A stretch of DNA of 64,000 nucleotides, taken from contig CAYRTD010000002.1 in assembly GCA_964426915.1 (NCBI GenBank), positions 5,059-69,058 of the forward strand. Direction: 5' to 3'. Below, one piece after another: positions 45,465 through 56,436 of the stretch. Under the pieces are notes generated by a model that was not told the DNA's origin, did not search any database, and worked only from the letters and a program-made list of their open reading frames with translations. Origin of the DNA: an uncultured Bacteroidaceae bacterium. Its GTDB lineage: Bacteria > Bacteroidota > Bacteroidia > Bacteroidales > GCA-2748055. Within the stretch, counting starts at the first letter, position 1, and each line of letters starts with the position of its first letter. The position numbers and the translations under genes were made by a program.

Positions 45465-47315
45465 ATGAATCAGTTTGCAGACAGAAAATATATTATTGGT
45501 TTACTAATAGTTCTTTCGGCGATTACTTTCGCGGGTCGGCTTTTTCAAATGCAGGTGATCGACAAGTCCTACATTCTTTCAGCCGAAAATAATTCCCGGA
45601 GAGAAGTTATCTTATATCCTGCCAGGGGCCTTATTTATGATCGTAACGGAGAGCTGATGGTCTCCAATCAGGCTGCTTATGACATCATGATCAATCCCAT
45701 ACAGCTTGAGGAGTTCGATACACTCGACTTTTGCCGGATACTGGACCTGGAAAAGGAGGATCTTTTACAGAGAATACAGAAAGCAAAAAAGTTTAACCGT
45801 TATGCTCCATCTGTTTTCATGAAACAGGTACCCGGAGAGATCAGTTCGGTTTTTCAGGAGAAACTGTATAAATTTCCGGGATTTTTCGTTCAGACACGGA
45901 CGCTCAGAAGATATTCCCGGCCTGTGGCTGCCCACGTCCTGGGATATGTTGGAGAGGTAGGGAAAAAACGAATTGAAGATGATAAATACTACAAGATGGG
46001 CGATTATATCGGAATCAGTGGTATTGAGAAAACCTACGAAAGCATCCTCAGAGGGAAGAAGGGGAAGAAAAATTATATGGTAGATGTGCATAACAGGATT
46101 ACAGATGAATGGGGAGGTGGCCGTTTTGATCAGGCCCCTGAGCTGGGCACTGATATTGTTATTACACTGGATTCTGAACTCCAGGAATATGGTGAAAAAT
46201 TAATGGACGGGTTTAGCGGCAGTATTGTTGCAATTGAACCTTCAACAGGAGAGATACTTAGCCTGGTCAGTGCTCCACACTTTTCTCCCGATCTTCTTGT
46301 GGGAAGAGGTTTGAGACGGAATTTCAGAATGTTATCCGGAGATACACTGAATCCCTTATTTAATCGTGCTGTGGCAGCAAGTTATCCCCCTGGCTCTACT
46401 TTTAAAGTCGTGAATGGGCTGATCGGCTTGCAGGAGGATGTGCTACTTCCTTCCAATGAATTCTATTGCGATTTTGGTTATTACTACAGAGGTACACGTG
46501 TAGGTTGCCATGATCATTATTCTCCTTTGGATCTGAGAGAATCTATTCAAAATTCGTGTAATGCTTATTTTTGTAATGTTTTCAGGAGAATTTTGGAGAA
46601 TCCTGAATATGGTCGTACCGATTCGGCTTTCAGCAACTGGAGAAAACACGTAACTTCATTTGGATTTGGAAGCCGCTCAAATTCTGATATCCCGGGTGAA
46701 TTAAAGGGACTTGTTCCCGATCCATCATACTACAACCGGTATTACGGGGTGGGACGCTGGAACTTTTTAACAGTGATCTCCCTCGCCATTGGCCAGGGCG
46801 AACTTGGGATCACTCCCTTACAGATGGCAAATATGACAGCTGCCATAGCAAACCGTGGAAGTTACTATACTCCGCATATTCTAAAAGAAATCCGATCCGG
46901 AGAACCTGTTAATCCCGACTTACTTGAGAGGCATGAAACCACAATAGATTCCGCTTTTTTTGAGATCGCTGTAGAAGGAATGGATCTGGTAGTTAATGGC
47001 GGAGCTGGCAGCACAGCGAGAATTGCCAAAATGCAGGACATTACAATTTGTGGTAAAACAGGAACTGCTGAAAATCCTTTTGGAGAGGATCACTCTATCT
47101 TTATTGCCTTTGCACCAAAGGATGATCCGAAAATAGCGATTACCGTGTATGTCGAGAATGTTGGTTTTGGTTCTACTTTTGCCGCTCCGATTGCCAGCCT
47201 GATGATTGAAAAATATCTTACCGGTAAGGTTGAAAGAGAATGGATTGAGAATTGGGTCCTGGTCGATGCGAGAAAAAGACTGGAAGAGAAGAAAAGAAAG
47301 GAGGCAGGAGAATGA
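45465..47315 (+). CDS. mrdA: penicillin-binding protein 2 (elongasome transpeptidase)
   Basis: 616 aa. TM anchor, then the SxxK (PGSTFK), SxN (SCN) and KTG (GKTGTA) motifs. Confidence 0.92.
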   Translation: MNQFADRKYIIGLLIVLSAITFAGRLFQMQVIDKSYILSAENNSRREVILYPARGLIYDRNGELMVSNQAAYDIMINPIQLEEFDTLDFCRILDLEKEDLLQRIQKAKKFNRYAPSVFMKQVPGEISSVFQEKLYKFPGFFVQTRTLRRYSRPVAAHVLGYVGEVGKKRIEDDKYYKMGDYIGISGIEKTYESILRGKKGKKNYMVDVHNRITDEWGGGRFDQAPELGTDIVITLDSELQEYGEKLMDGFSGSIVAIEPSTGEILSLVSAPHFSPDLLVGRGLRRNFRMLSGDTLNPLFNRAVAASYPPGSTFKVVNGLIGLQEDVLLPSNEFYCDFGYYYRGTRVGCHDHYSPLDLRESIQNSCNAYFCNVFRRILENPEYGRTDSAFSNWRKHVTSFGFGSRSNSDIPGELKGLVPDPSYYNRYYGVGRWNFLTVISLAIGQGELGITPLQMANMTAAIANRGSYYTPHILKEIRSGEPVNPDLLERHETTIDSAFFEIAVEGMDLVVNGGAGSTARIAKMQDITICGKTGTAENPFGEDHSIFIAFAPKDDPKIAITVYVENVGFGSTFAAPIASLMIEKYLTGKVEREWIENWVLVDARKRLEEKKRKEAGE

Positions 47316-48733
47316 GAAGGGGAAATATATTTACGAATCTTGACTGGATTACCGTTGGACTTTTTCTGGTCATGATGCTAATGGGTTGGTTGAATATTTT
47401 TTCTGCTGTTTATTCTGAAGACCATCCAAGTATACTGGATTTTAATCAACGTTATGGCAAGCAATTTTTATGGATCTGCGCATCGGTCGTTATTGCCGTT
47501 ATTTTGCTTTTCATCGATCAGAGATTTTATGAGTTCTTCGCATATTTCATATATGGCTTTGCCGTTGTTATGCTCCTGGGAGTTCTGGTTTTTGGTATCG
47601 AAATCAATAGTGCAAGAAGCTGGTTTGCATTTGGAGATCTGCGTATTCAACCTTCCGAATTCGCCAAACCTGCGGTTGCGTTGGCTCTGGCAAAATATTT
47701 TTCACAGTATAATTTGAATGTCCGGAATTTCCGGACTTACATCACATCTGCGATTATTATATTCAGTCCGGCTGTACTGATCATGCTTCAACCTGATACC
47801 GGCTCTGCCCTTGTTTACTTTGCCTTCATTCTCCCTGTTTACCGCGAGGGATTCTCAGTGAACATTTTGCTTGCTATGCTTTCCCTGGTGGTTATTTTTC
47901 TGCTTGTACTTCTGCTGGATAATCTGATTGTACTTGCACTTCTCATTCTTGCAGGTTTTATCGCCTGGGGAATAAAATCCCGAAGTTTTAAAAACTTCTT
48001 TCAGAGCCTTTCGGTTTTTATTATTGTTTCGGGTTTGCTCTTTCTCATCAGAAAACTAACTACAGTTGATTTTGATGATTATATGCTCCTATTTATAGCA
48101 ATGATTATATCAGCTGTAATTTTCGGCTTTATTATTATAATAAAAAGAACGAGAAAAGCCGTTATTGTTCTATCCTTATCTTTAATAGCTGTGTTTTATT
48201 CTTTTTCCGTTGATTACAGTTTTCATAATTTTTTGAGTGATTACCAGCAAAGACGTGTTAATGTTCTCCTGGGTTTCGAAACAGATCTTCAGGGCGCTGG
48301 CTATAATGTCAATCAATCGAAGATTGCTATTGGTTCCGGAGGTTTTTCAGGTAAAGGATTCCTTCAGGGAACCCAGACGAAATTGCATTTCGTCCCTGAA
48401 CAAAGTACCGATTTTATCTTTTGCACAGTGGGAGAAGAATGGGGTTTTATTGGCACCATGACCATTATTATCCTGTTCATGACATTACTACTCAGGCTCC
48501 TTCACCTCGCCGAACGGCAGAGAACAACTTTTGCCAGAATCTACGGTTATAGTGTGTTATCCGTTATTTTTATCCACTTTTTTGTAAATATTGCCATGAC
48601 TATTGGCTTATTTCCTGTGATAGGAATTCCTTTGCCTTTTTTTAGTTATGGAGGTTCATCCCTGTGGGCCTTCACTATTTTGCTTTTTATCTTTTTGCGG
48701 CTTGATGCAGGAAGGAAAGAATACATTCGCTAA
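47312..48733 (+). CDS. rodA: rod shape-determining SEDS glycosyltransferase RodA
   Basis: 473 aa from ATG 47312, which overlaps the mrdA stop as ATGA. It has the SEDS pattern QPSEFAK, PDTGSAL, FVPEQSTDFIF and LPFFSYGGSS. Confidence 0.9.
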   Translation: MRRGNIFTNLDWITVGLFLVMMLMGWLNIFSAVYSEDHPSILDFNQRYGKQFLWICASVVIAVILLFIDQRFYEFFAYFIYGFAVVMLLGVLVFGIEINSARSWFAFGDLRIQPSEFAKPAVALALAKYFSQYNLNVRNFRTYITSAIIIFSPAVLIMLQPDTGSALVYFAFILPVYREGFSVNILLAMLSLVVIFLLVLLLDNLIVLALLILAGFIAWGIKSRSFKNFFQSLSVFIIVSGLLFLIRKLTTVDFDDYMLLFIAMIISAVIFGFIIIIKRTRKAVIVLSLSLIAVFYSFSVDYSFHNFLSDYQQRRVNVLLGFETDLQGAGYNVNQSKIAIGSGGFSGKGFLQGTQTKLHFVPEQSTDFIFCTVGEEWGFIGTMTIIILFMTLLLRLLHLAERQRTTFARIYGYSVLSVIFIHFFVNIAMTIGLFPVIGIPLPFFSYGGSSLWAFTILLFIFLRLDAGRKEYIR

Positions 48734-48886
48734 GCTATTTTTGAAATACACTCCTAAGCATTTGTATGTCAGCAAGTGAAAAGTATACTGCCTTGTAGTA
48801 TGCTGGATTCTTTTTTTAGGATGCCTTTTTTCATTATATTTGGGACCTTTTTTTTAGAAAAATCATTTTAAATACGGAGATTAAAT

Positions 48887-50236
48887 ATGAAATATAAAGC
48901 TTATACATTATTCAATTACAATAAAATTTCACAGATTTCAAAACTGAATTCAGAACAAAAAAACAACATCGAAGTAGTTGGAAGAGTATTTCCTTTCAAA
49001 ACAAATAACTACGTCGTTGATGAATTAATAGATTGGGATAATTTTGAGGATGATCCAATGTATATTCTTAATTTTCCCCAAAGAGGGATGATGCAGGATG
49101 AACATTACAGATCGATGGAAAAGTTATATCTGGAAGGGGCCGATAAGAAAGATATCTCTCAGATGGCTAATGAGATACGGTCTCAATTGAATCCTCACCC
49201 GGCAGGCCAACTTGAACACAATGTTCCGGAAATTGGCGGAGAAAAGCTCATGGGAATTCAGCATAAGTACCGCGAAACTGCGCTGTTTTTTCCAACTCAG
49301 GGACAGACATGCCATGCCTACTGTACCTTTTGTTTTCGCTGGCCTCAGTTTTCCGGAATGGGCGATCTGAAATTCGCTATGAAACAATCTGATCTCCTGG
49401 TAAAATACCTGGAACAAAATAAGGGCATTACGGATATCCTTTTTACCGGAGGAGATCCAATGATCATGAATGTTAAGCATCTTGAAACTTATATCGATGC
49501 CATACTCAGGTCGAGATCACATAATGTAAGTACCATCAGGATCGGTTCTAAATCTCTGTCCTTTTGGCCTTACCGGTATCTGACGGATAAAGACGCTGAT
49601 GACGTTCTTCGCCTCTTTGAAAAAGTAAGCCGCGCAGGATTTCATCTTGCTTTTATGGCACATTTTAATCACCCAAGAGAGTTATCTACCGATCCGGTGA
49701 AAAAAGCTGTATCCCGTATACAAGAAACCGGAGCACAAATCCGGACACAATCACCACTGCTGAATCATATAAATAATAAACCTGAATTATGGCAACGGAT
49801 GTGGAAAAATCAGGTGAATCTTGGAATGATACCCTATTATATGTTTGTGGCAAGAGATACAGGTGCTCAGCATTTTTTCGGAGTTGGTCTGTATCAGGCA
49901 TGGAATATTTTTAGGAAAGCATACAGCCAGATGAGCGGGATTGCCCGTACAGTGAGAGGCCCGAGCATGTCTGCTGCCCCTGGTAAGGTGCAAATTGTTG
50001 GAATAACTGAAATTAAGAATGAAAAGCTTTATGTTCTTAACTTTTTACAGGGAAGGAACCCGGATTGGGTGGGTAAACCATTTTTCGCTGAGTTGGATAA
50101 GAATGCTCGTTGGTTGGATGATCTTCAACCTGCTTTTAATGAGGAAAGTTTTTTCTATGAGGATGAATACGAAGAAATGATAGAGAACGCCAGGAAAGAT
50201 ACCATCCGTTACAAGGAATATAAACCCACCGCCTGA
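48887..50236 (+). CDS. KamA-family (lysine 2,3-aminomutase-like) radical SAM protein
   Basis: 449 aa. It has the radical-SAM cluster CHAYCTFCFR, then FTGGDPM and the KamA-like N-terminal region NYVVDELIDW. The substrate is unknown. Confidence 0.75.
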   Translation: MKYKAYTLFNYNKISQISKLNSEQKNNIEVVGRVFPFKTNNYVVDELIDWDNFEDDPMYILNFPQRGMMQDEHYRSMEKLYLEGADKKDISQMANEIRSQLNPHPAGQLEHNVPEIGGEKLMGIQHKYRETALFFPTQGQTCHAYCTFCFRWPQFSGMGDLKFAMKQSDLLVKYLEQNKGITDILFTGGDPMIMNVKHLETYIDAILRSRSHNVSTIRIGSKSLSFWPYRYLTDKDADDVLRLFEKVSRAGFHLAFMAHFNHPRELSTDPVKKAVSRIQETGAQIRTQSPLLNHINNKPELWQRMWKNQVNLGMIPYYMFVARDTGAQHFFGVGLYQAWNIFRKAYSQMSGIARTVRGPSMSAAPGKVQIVGITEIKNEKLYVLNFLQGRNPDWVGKPFFAELDKNARWLDDLQPAFNEESFFYEDEYEEMIENARKDTIRYKEYKPTA

Positions 50237-50379
50237 GAAAAAATCAAAATCATAGCCTCACTGATTTAACACCCACCCTTCGGGGTTAGAGGCTAATTTC
50301 AATTATCATCACTGGAGGCTATCTATCAAGTATTTAACTCAAAACTTGAAGAAGCTTATCAGACAGTCTCCCATTATTG

Positions 50380-50997
50380 TTAAAATCCCTCCGGGATTGG
50401 AAGATGTTTTCCGGTTTTTATTTCATATTCAGATTCAACATATTTCCGGATGTCAGGAAAGAATTCATTAAATTCAGCATTAAACTCCTCTGATTTATTC
50501 TCAAATCTTTCAATGGCAAAATCAGTATATTCCGGAAGAGAAGTCCGGCTAGACATTCTGTGCAAAACGGTTTCTACTCCTCCGAGTGTGGAATAACTTA
50601 TGAGCCAATTATTCCGGATAAAATTTGGAAACCAGTTTTTAATTCCCTGTGGGAAAATATCGTAATTCTTTTTTAAGATCTGAAATACACTGTTAACATA
50701 AACAGGAAGAGGAATATCGCTGTACCGGTCCCAATTATTTGCCAGGAGATAATCATAAAGGATATCGATAACAATACCTGAATATTTCCTGTAATATTCT
50801 ATTATGTGATTACGGCTTTTTCGTGTAACCGGGTGCTGATCTGTATAATAATCGATCTTTCGATGAAGCATTATTCCCCTGCTCACATCTTTGGGATATT
50901 TCAGATAATTATTGCCTTTGACATAATCACCTATGAAATTACCCACAAGTAAATCTTCATGGTCGCCGGATAAATATATGTGAGCCAAAAAATTCAT
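50380..50997 (-). CDS. acpH: acyl carrier protein phosphodiesterase
   Basis: 205 aa. MNFLAHIYLSGD...LVGNFIGDYVKG is the AcpH N-terminal signature. Confidence 0.8.
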   Translation of the reverse strand: MNFLAHIYLSGDHEDLLVGNFIGDYVKGNNYLKYPKDVSRGIMLHRKIDYYTDQHPVTRKSRNHIIEYYRKYSGIVIDILYDYLLANNWDRYSDIPLPVYVNSVFQILKKNYDIFPQGIKNWFPNFIRNNWLISYSTLGGVETVLHRMSSRTSLPEYTDFAIERFENKSEEFNAEFNEFFPDIRKYVESEYEIKTGKHLPIPEGF

Positions 50998-51287
50998 GTT
51001 TTATTTCTTCATTCTTTCTAAAAGAAATTTCTTCTATAAGGTACGAAATTTAAGGCATTTTGACAACATCTTTTCACTTGAAATTTATTTATTTCTTATA
51101 AATAGAATGCAAAAACTTCGAACGAAGAAGATATTTAATTCCAGCCATCAATAAATATCCCTACTATTTTTCGAACAAATACCCTTAATGAAAGTACATA
51201 TGTTTTTTAATAGATTTTTAATCTGTTAAATCTTTTACAACTTTGTTCGTCCTATTAAAAAAAACATTTTTTAAAAATTTTAATACA

Positions 51288-52628
51288 ATGGCAAAGAAAA
51301 ACGTGATAATCATTGGAGCTGCCGGAAGGGACTTCCATAATTTTAATACTTTTTTTCGTGGTAATGAAGATTATAATGTGGTAGCTTTTACTGCTGCACA
51401 AATTCCGGATATTGAAGGAAGAAAATATCCTGCGGAACTGGCAGGTGAACTTTATCCTGACGGAATCCCTATTTTTGCTGAGGAAGATCTGACCGATCTG
51501 ATAGCCAAACATGATGTCGATGATTGTGTTTTTTCATACAGCGATGTACCATACAGTGTTGTAATGAATAAAAGTGCAGTTGTAAATGCTGCCGGAGCCA
51601 ATTTTGTCCTTCTCGGAGCAAGGGATACTATGATAAAAAGTAAAAAGCCGGTCATTGCAGTTGGGGCAGTCAGAACAGGTTGTGGAAAAAGTCAGACTTC
51701 AAGAAGGATCATTGAGATCCTGATGGAAAAAGGACTGAAGGTGGTGGCTATCCGTCATCCGATGCCTTATGGCGACCTTGCCAAACAAAAAGTACAGCGC
51801 TTTGCCCAGATCAGTGATCTTGAAAAACATAAATGCACAATTGAAGAAATGGAAGAATATGAACCGCATGTCGACAGAGGAAATGTTATTTATGCCGGGG
51901 TTGACTATGAAGCCATATTGAGAGAAGCAGAAGAAGATCCTGATGGATGTGACGTTATTCTTTGGGATGGTGGTAATAATGACTTTTCATTTTACAAGCC
52001 CGATCTTACGGTTACCGTGGCAGATCCCCACAGACCCGGACATGAACTTAGTTATTATCCGGGTGAGGTTACCTTAAGGATGGCTGATGTTGTGATTATA
52101 AATAAAATAGACAGCGCCGATCCACAGTCTATACAAATAGTTAGGGAAAACATTGAAAAGGTGAATCCGGGTGCAGTTGTGATCGATGGCGCTTCACCTA
52201 TTAGAGTTGATGACCCATCGGTTATCAAAGGTAAAAGAGTTCTTGTAGTGGAAGATGGCCCCACCCTCACCCATGGTGAAATGAAAATTGGTGCCGGAAC
52301 AGTAGCGGCCCGTAAATACGGTGCAAGTGAACTGGTTGATCCGAGACCTTTTACAGTAGGTAAACTCACGGAAACTTTCAAAATATATCCTGAGATCGGA
52401 ACCTTACTTCCTGCGATGGGATATGGTGAACAACAACTAAAAGATCTTGAGACCACAATTAATAATACAGATTGTGATGCAGTTGTCATTGGCACTCCCA
52501 TTGATCTCAGCAGAATTGTAAAAATTGATAAACCCTCAACCCGGGTGTTCTACGATCTGCAGGAAATTGGTGAACCTGATCTTAATAGTGTTCTCAACGA
52601 GTTTGTTGAAAAAAATATAATGAAATAA
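51288..52628 (+). CDS. COG2403-type predicted P-loop NTPase (cyclic 2,3-diphosphoglycerate synthetase-like)
   Basis: 446 aa from ATG 51288 (the ORF-track start 51243 is TTG). It has VIIIGAAGRDFHNFN and the Walker A motif GAVRTGCGKSQTS. The family assignment is from memory. Confidence 0.6.
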   Translation: MAKKNVIIIGAAGRDFHNFNTFFRGNEDYNVVAFTAAQIPDIEGRKYPAELAGELYPDGIPIFAEEDLTDLIAKHDVDDCVFSYSDVPYSVVMNKSAVVNAAGANFVLLGARDTMIKSKKPVIAVGAVRTGCGKSQTSRRIIEILMEKGLKVVAIRHPMPYGDLAKQKVQRFAQISDLEKHKCTIEEMEEYEPHVDRGNVIYAGVDYEAILREAEEDPDGCDVILWDGGNNDFSFYKPDLTVTVADPHRPGHELSYYPGEVTLRMADVVIINKIDSADPQSIQIVRENIEKVNPGAVVIDGASPIRVDDPSVIKGKRVLVVEDGPTLTHGEMKIGAGTVAARKYGASELVDPRPFTVGKLTETFKIYPEIGTLLPAMGYGEQQLKDLETTINNTDCDAVVIGTPIDLSRIVKIDKPSTRVFYDLQEIGEPDLNSVLNEFVEKNIMK

Positions 52629-52650
52629 AAAGCGGGATTATTAAAAAAAA

Positions 52651-52683
52651 ACCGTCTCAAATTTCTTTTGAGACGGTTTTTTT
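52651..52683. terminator. bidirectional rho-independent terminator
   Basis: ACCGTCTCAA (52651-52660) pairs with TTGAGACGGT (52668-52677), a 10-bp stem with a 7-nt loop. An A8 run precedes it and a T-run follows. Confidence 0.85.
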
Positions 52684-52876
52684 AAAGAAGCAAACTCTCC
52701 TGTAAACCAACATCACACCACTATCTCCTACACTTTGATTAACACCTCAAAAGGCGTACAGGAAAAATTTGCTTCAATAAATTATATTAAAAACTCTTTG
52801 TTATATATTTTGTAAACAACTGCAGAATCTTAATTGTTTAATTTAGACAGCCTCTTTCTGGACTTTGATTTCGAAT

Positions 52877-52891
52877 ATTATGGACAGACAC
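52877..52891. repeat. recurrent motif copy B (ATTATGGACAGACAC)
   Basis: It shares ATTATGGACAGACA with copy A. It lies 35 nt downstream of the EamA gene stop when read on the minus strand. Confidence 0.8.
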
Positions 52892-52926
52892 CAAGTAGCT
52901 AATAAACAAGCGATGACTTAACCTCT

Positions 52927-53874
52927 CTAAATCTGATCATCCTCAAAGTTTTTCTTTCTTCTATTCATCATCCGTTTACCCAGGGTAATTATCACCACAC
53001 CTAAAATGGTAATAGTTCCACCAATTATTTGTATAATTTGAGGAAAAATATTCAGGTAGATTATAGCTCCAACCGCTACAAAAAAGCCTCGTGTGGCCTG
53101 AATGATCATCGCTCTGGAGGCTTCTATGTACTTCAGGGCAGAATATTGAGCAAGTCCCGTCAAAAAGGGACCTAGGATCGAACCTGCAGCGATATTGAAC
53201 AGGCTAATGCCGGATATGCTTAAAGACCTGCCGGTGTAAAGTATGAGAATTACTGCAAAAATGAAGAGGTAAGAGATTCTGTTCACCATCAAAACAGAAG
53301 GATCGATATGGGAAATTCTGCTTTTTGCAATTATAATGCTGATACTAAGAAATATAGATGATATAGTTATTAGTCCGGTACCTTCAATAAAGATCTCACT
53401 GAGTTTGTTTTGTCCTGTATAGCTTATCATTATTGCCCCGGTTAATGTGAGTATCATACCGGCTCCCTCAATAATATTAAACCTTTCTTTAAGAAAAGAT
53501 ATGCCAAATACAGTGACAAATATCGGAGTAAGATTTGCAAGAAAGGAGACAACTGCCGGATTTTCAACGGTTTCAATTGCCATAAAAAGGGTAGAGGCAG
53601 CCACCAGTTCAAATATTCCGATAGTGACAAGCAGGATCCATGATCTTCTGTTCAGGGATTTGTAGTTTTTCAGTTTGCCTGCCGGGATCATATACAGTAA
53701 ACTCCAGAGCAGGGCCATTCCAAACCAGTAAAACCCGAATTGTATTACATCAAGTTCGGCAAGAGCGGCTTTACTGAAAATGTAAACATTAGACATTCCA
53801 AGGGTGGCGAGAAAAGCAAAAAGATAGCCCTTAACTACCGGATTTCTTTGCAAATACGCAGTAAATCCATTCAT
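52927..53874 (-). CDS. DMT-superfamily (EamA-like) transporter
   Basis: 315 aa with about 10 TM helices arranged as two EamA-like halves. Confidence 0.8.
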   Translation of the reverse strand: MNGFTAYLQRNPVVKGYLFAFLATLGMSNVYIFSKAALAELDVIQFGFYWFGMALLWSLLYMIPAGKLKNYKSLNRRSWILLVTIGIFELVAASTLFMAIETVENPAVVSFLANLTPIFVTVFGISFLKERFNIIEGAGMILTLTGAIMISYTGQNKLSEIFIEGTGLITISSIFLSISIIIAKSRISHIDPSVLMVNRISYLFIFAVILILYTGRSLSISGISLFNIAAGSILGPFLTGLAQYSALKYIEASRAMIIQATRGFFVAVGAIIYLNIFPQIIQIIGGTITILGVVIITLGKRMMNRRKKNFEDDQI

Positions 53875-54051
53875 ATAAAAATAAATTTTCGGCTCGAAGG
53901 ATTCTTATTCCTTTTCAGCATATTAGTGCTACCTCTCAGGAACAATGAGAGCTGCGAAAAGTTTAAGTTGTAGGTCAATAATCTTACTGTTAAACCGGAA
54001 ATGCATGCAGATCCTTAATACGTCCGGGAACTTCTCAGCTCATGTAATACT

Positions 54052-55398
54052 TCACCCCAGCTTCTTTTTTATTTCTTCCGTTTCTTTTTCAAATCCCGGT
54101 TTTTCGAGAAGTGCAAACATGTTCTTTTTGTATGCTTCCACACCTGGTTGATTGAAGGGGTTAATACCCAGAAGATATCCACTTATGCCACAGGCCTTTT
54201 CGAAGAAGTATACCAGTTGCCCCAGGTTAAATTCGTCAATTCTTTCAATCTCTATCCTTATATTTGGCACTCCACCATCAACATGGGCCAGCATGGTTCC
54301 TAGTTCAGCCATCCGGTTGACATCAGAAATTCTTTTTCCGGCAATATAGTTTAACTTATCGTAATTGTCTTCATCCACAGGAATATGAAGTTCTGAATTT
54401 GAATTTTTAACAGAAATTACTGTTTCGAATATATGTCGTTCACCTTCCTGGATATATTGTCCCATTGAATGGAGATCGGCAGTAAAATAAACACTTGCCG
54501 GAAAAATTCCTTTACCATCCTTTCCTTCACTCTCTCCATAGAGCTGTTTCCACCACTCGGAGAGATAAACCAGTTTATCGTGATAGTTGGCCAGGATTTC
54601 CGTCTTTTTCCCATTTTTATAGAGGGCGTTTCTCGCTGCAGCATACACTGCACTGGGATTATCTTCAAAATCCGTTTCAGGTCCGGTTTGTTTCTCCATT
54701 TCGATTGCACCTTTGATAAATTTTCTGATACTGAATCCGGCAACGGCTATTGGCAGGAGTCCAACCGGGGTGAGGACAGAATAGCGCCCTCCTACATCAT
54801 CGGGGATTACAAAAGTTTTATATCCCTTGTTTGAAGACACTCTTTTCAGGGCTCCTTTTTCCTTATCCGTAATTGCTACAATTCTGTTTTTTGCTTCATC
54901 CTTACCCACCTGTTCTTCAATAAGATCTCTCAGAATGCGGAAGGTGATGGCAGGTTCTGTAGTGGTCCCTGATTTGGAAATAACAATAATGCCGAATTTT
55001 TTATTTCTCAAAAGACCGACTAATTCAGTTAAATAATCTTCAACTATATTCTGACCTGCAAAAATAACCCGTGGATTATCCCTTTCCGGTAAAAGCCAGT
55101 CGAAACTATTGCTCATGGCTTCAATAAAAAATTTGGCTCCGAGATAAGAGCCTCCAATGCCCACCACTACTACATAATCGACCCTTGACGACAGATCGGC
55201 TGCAGTATTTTCAATATCTTTTATATGGTTTTCTGTTATGGAGGAAGGTAGGTCCAGCCAACCGAGAAAATCACTTCCTTCACCACTTTTGTTGTGAAGT
55301 TTTTTAATTTCTTCCGCAACTGATGCACGGTAACTTTTTACTTCTTCTTCATATATGAAATCATATACTTTTGATATATCAAGATTAAGACTTGTCAT
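54052..55398 (-). CDS. pgi: glucose-6-phosphate isomerase
   Basis: 448 aa. It has [32 protein letters not shown], and [11 protein letters not shown] near the C-terminus. Confidence 0.93.
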   Translation of the reverse strand: MTSLNLDISKVYDFIYEEEVKSYRASVAEEIKKLHNKSGEGSDFLGWLDLPSSITENHIKDIENTAADLSSRVDYVVVVGIGGSYLGAKFFIEAMSNSFDWLLPERDNPRVIFAGQNIVEDYLTELVGLLRNKKFGIIVISKSGTTTEPAITFRILRDLIEEQVGKDEAKNRIVAITDKEKGALKRVSSNKGYKTFVIPDDVGGRYSVLTPVGLLPIAVAGFSIRKFIKGAIEMEKQTGPETDFEDNPSAVYAAARNALYKNGKKTEILANYHDKLVYLSEWWKQLYGESEGKDGKGIFPASVYFTADLHSMGQYIQEGERHIFETVISVKNSNSELHIPVDEDNYDKLNYIAGKRISDVNRMAELGTMLAHVDGGVPNIRIEIERIDEFNLGQLVYFFEKACGISGYLLGINPFNQPGVEAYKKNMFALLEKPGFEKETEEIKKKLG

Positions 55399-55479
55399 AT
55401 TAAATTTAATTGATTGTTTAAAATGAATTCAGGTTGTAAAGTTAACAAATCCTGGAAAGTGGGAGGTCAATGTATATTA

Positions 55480-56436
55480 TTATTTCATTTGGTTTTCCAG
55501 CCTGTTAATTTCTCTGATCCTCTGATTCAATTGATAGGTGTAATTCTTCGATTCTTTATTCCTGTAATTTCCCCATGCTTTTTGAGCCCATTCTTTGGCT
55601 TTTTCATAATCGCCAAGGATCTCATAAACCACTGCAAGATTGTGTGCTGCACGACCCCGGACTTTTCTTTTACCGGACCCGGTAGCTTCTTCGAGAGCGG
55701 GAATCGCTGAATCCCAGTCATTTACCTCCATCATCCGGGCGCCAAAGGCCAGATTGTCGAACCTGCGGGGACGGTTGTAATACTGCCGGGTGACCCGGAT
55801 CCAGTAAGGAGCAATCCTTTGGCCGTAAATTGTTCCGGCTTCATAACTAAGATTTTTCACAATATCCGGATCTGTATAACTGCTGATCAGATCAATAAAA
55901 TCAGGGTTTTTCCTGTCTGCATATACCTCATGATTAAAGGCATACTCCTCAATAATGCTTTTCGTAAGAGGATCGTAGATGCGGATACCCGATTTTGCTT
56001 TTAATTGATTTCCAATATGATCGGTATCAAAAAACTCGAGTGAAAGAACAGCATCCGTATTGTTCTCCCTACAGATCTGCTCAATGAAATTCCAGTCAAG
56101 GGGAGGAGCAAAATCCACCGGCCCCTTATCCACTTTCATTTGTATATTGGTGCGTACAATCTTATACCTGCCGGAATTTTTTAGCTGATCATAAATTCCC
56201 TTTATACACATTTTGGAGGCGATATCATCCTGACCGATACCTTCTCCTGTTATTCCTCCCTCAATCACATTAACTAATTTCTTTTCTCTGGGGCTCCTGT
56301 CTATGATAGCTATTGATTCAATATGATCCGGTATAGTCACCCATGCCGGCACCCTGGCGTCGAATGAAATGGAAGGGGCGGCAAAAATGAGAAAAATAAA
56401 AGCTCCGGCTAAGAAATTTAATATTCCTGATTTCAT
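55480..56436 (-). CDS. secreted hypothetical protein with a C-terminal TPR-like region
   Basis: 318 aa. Signal peptide and a TPR-like segment AHNLAVVYEILGDYEKAKEWAQKAW. Confidence 0.7.
   Translation of the reverse strand: MKSGILNFLAGAFIFLIFAAPSISFDARVPAWVTIPDHIESIAIIDRSPREKKLVNVIEGGITGEGIGQDDIASKMCIKGIYDQLKNSGRYKIVRTNIQMKVDKGPVDFAPPLDWNFIEQICRENNTDAVLSLEFFDTDHIGNQLKAKSGIRIYDPLTKSIIEEYAFNHEVYADRKNPDFIDLISSYTDPDIVKNLSYEAGTIYGQRIAPYWIRVTRQYYNRPRRFDNLAFGARMMEVNDWDSAIPALEEATGSGKRKVRGRAAHNLAVVYEILGDYEKAKEWAQKAWGNYRNKESKNYTYQLNQRIREINRLENQMK

Noticed and set aside
47252-47311. N-terminal extension of RodA (MGPGRCEKKTGREEKKGGRR) from the ORF track
   Set aside because: It lies inside the 3' end of mrdA. 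ATG 47312 gives the classic ATGA stop/start overlap and a normal RodA N-terminus.
52055-52501. 148-aa ORF antisense to the COG2403-like gene
   Set aside because: It is a Ser/Thr/Pro-rich low-complexity translation of the opposite strand of a well-supported gene, so a shadow ORF.
48887-52628. KamA-like radical SAM, AcpH and the COG2403 P-loop protein as one functional cluster
   Set aside because: The genes are on alternating strands with their own spacers. I know of no established pathway linking them. They are treated as independent genes.
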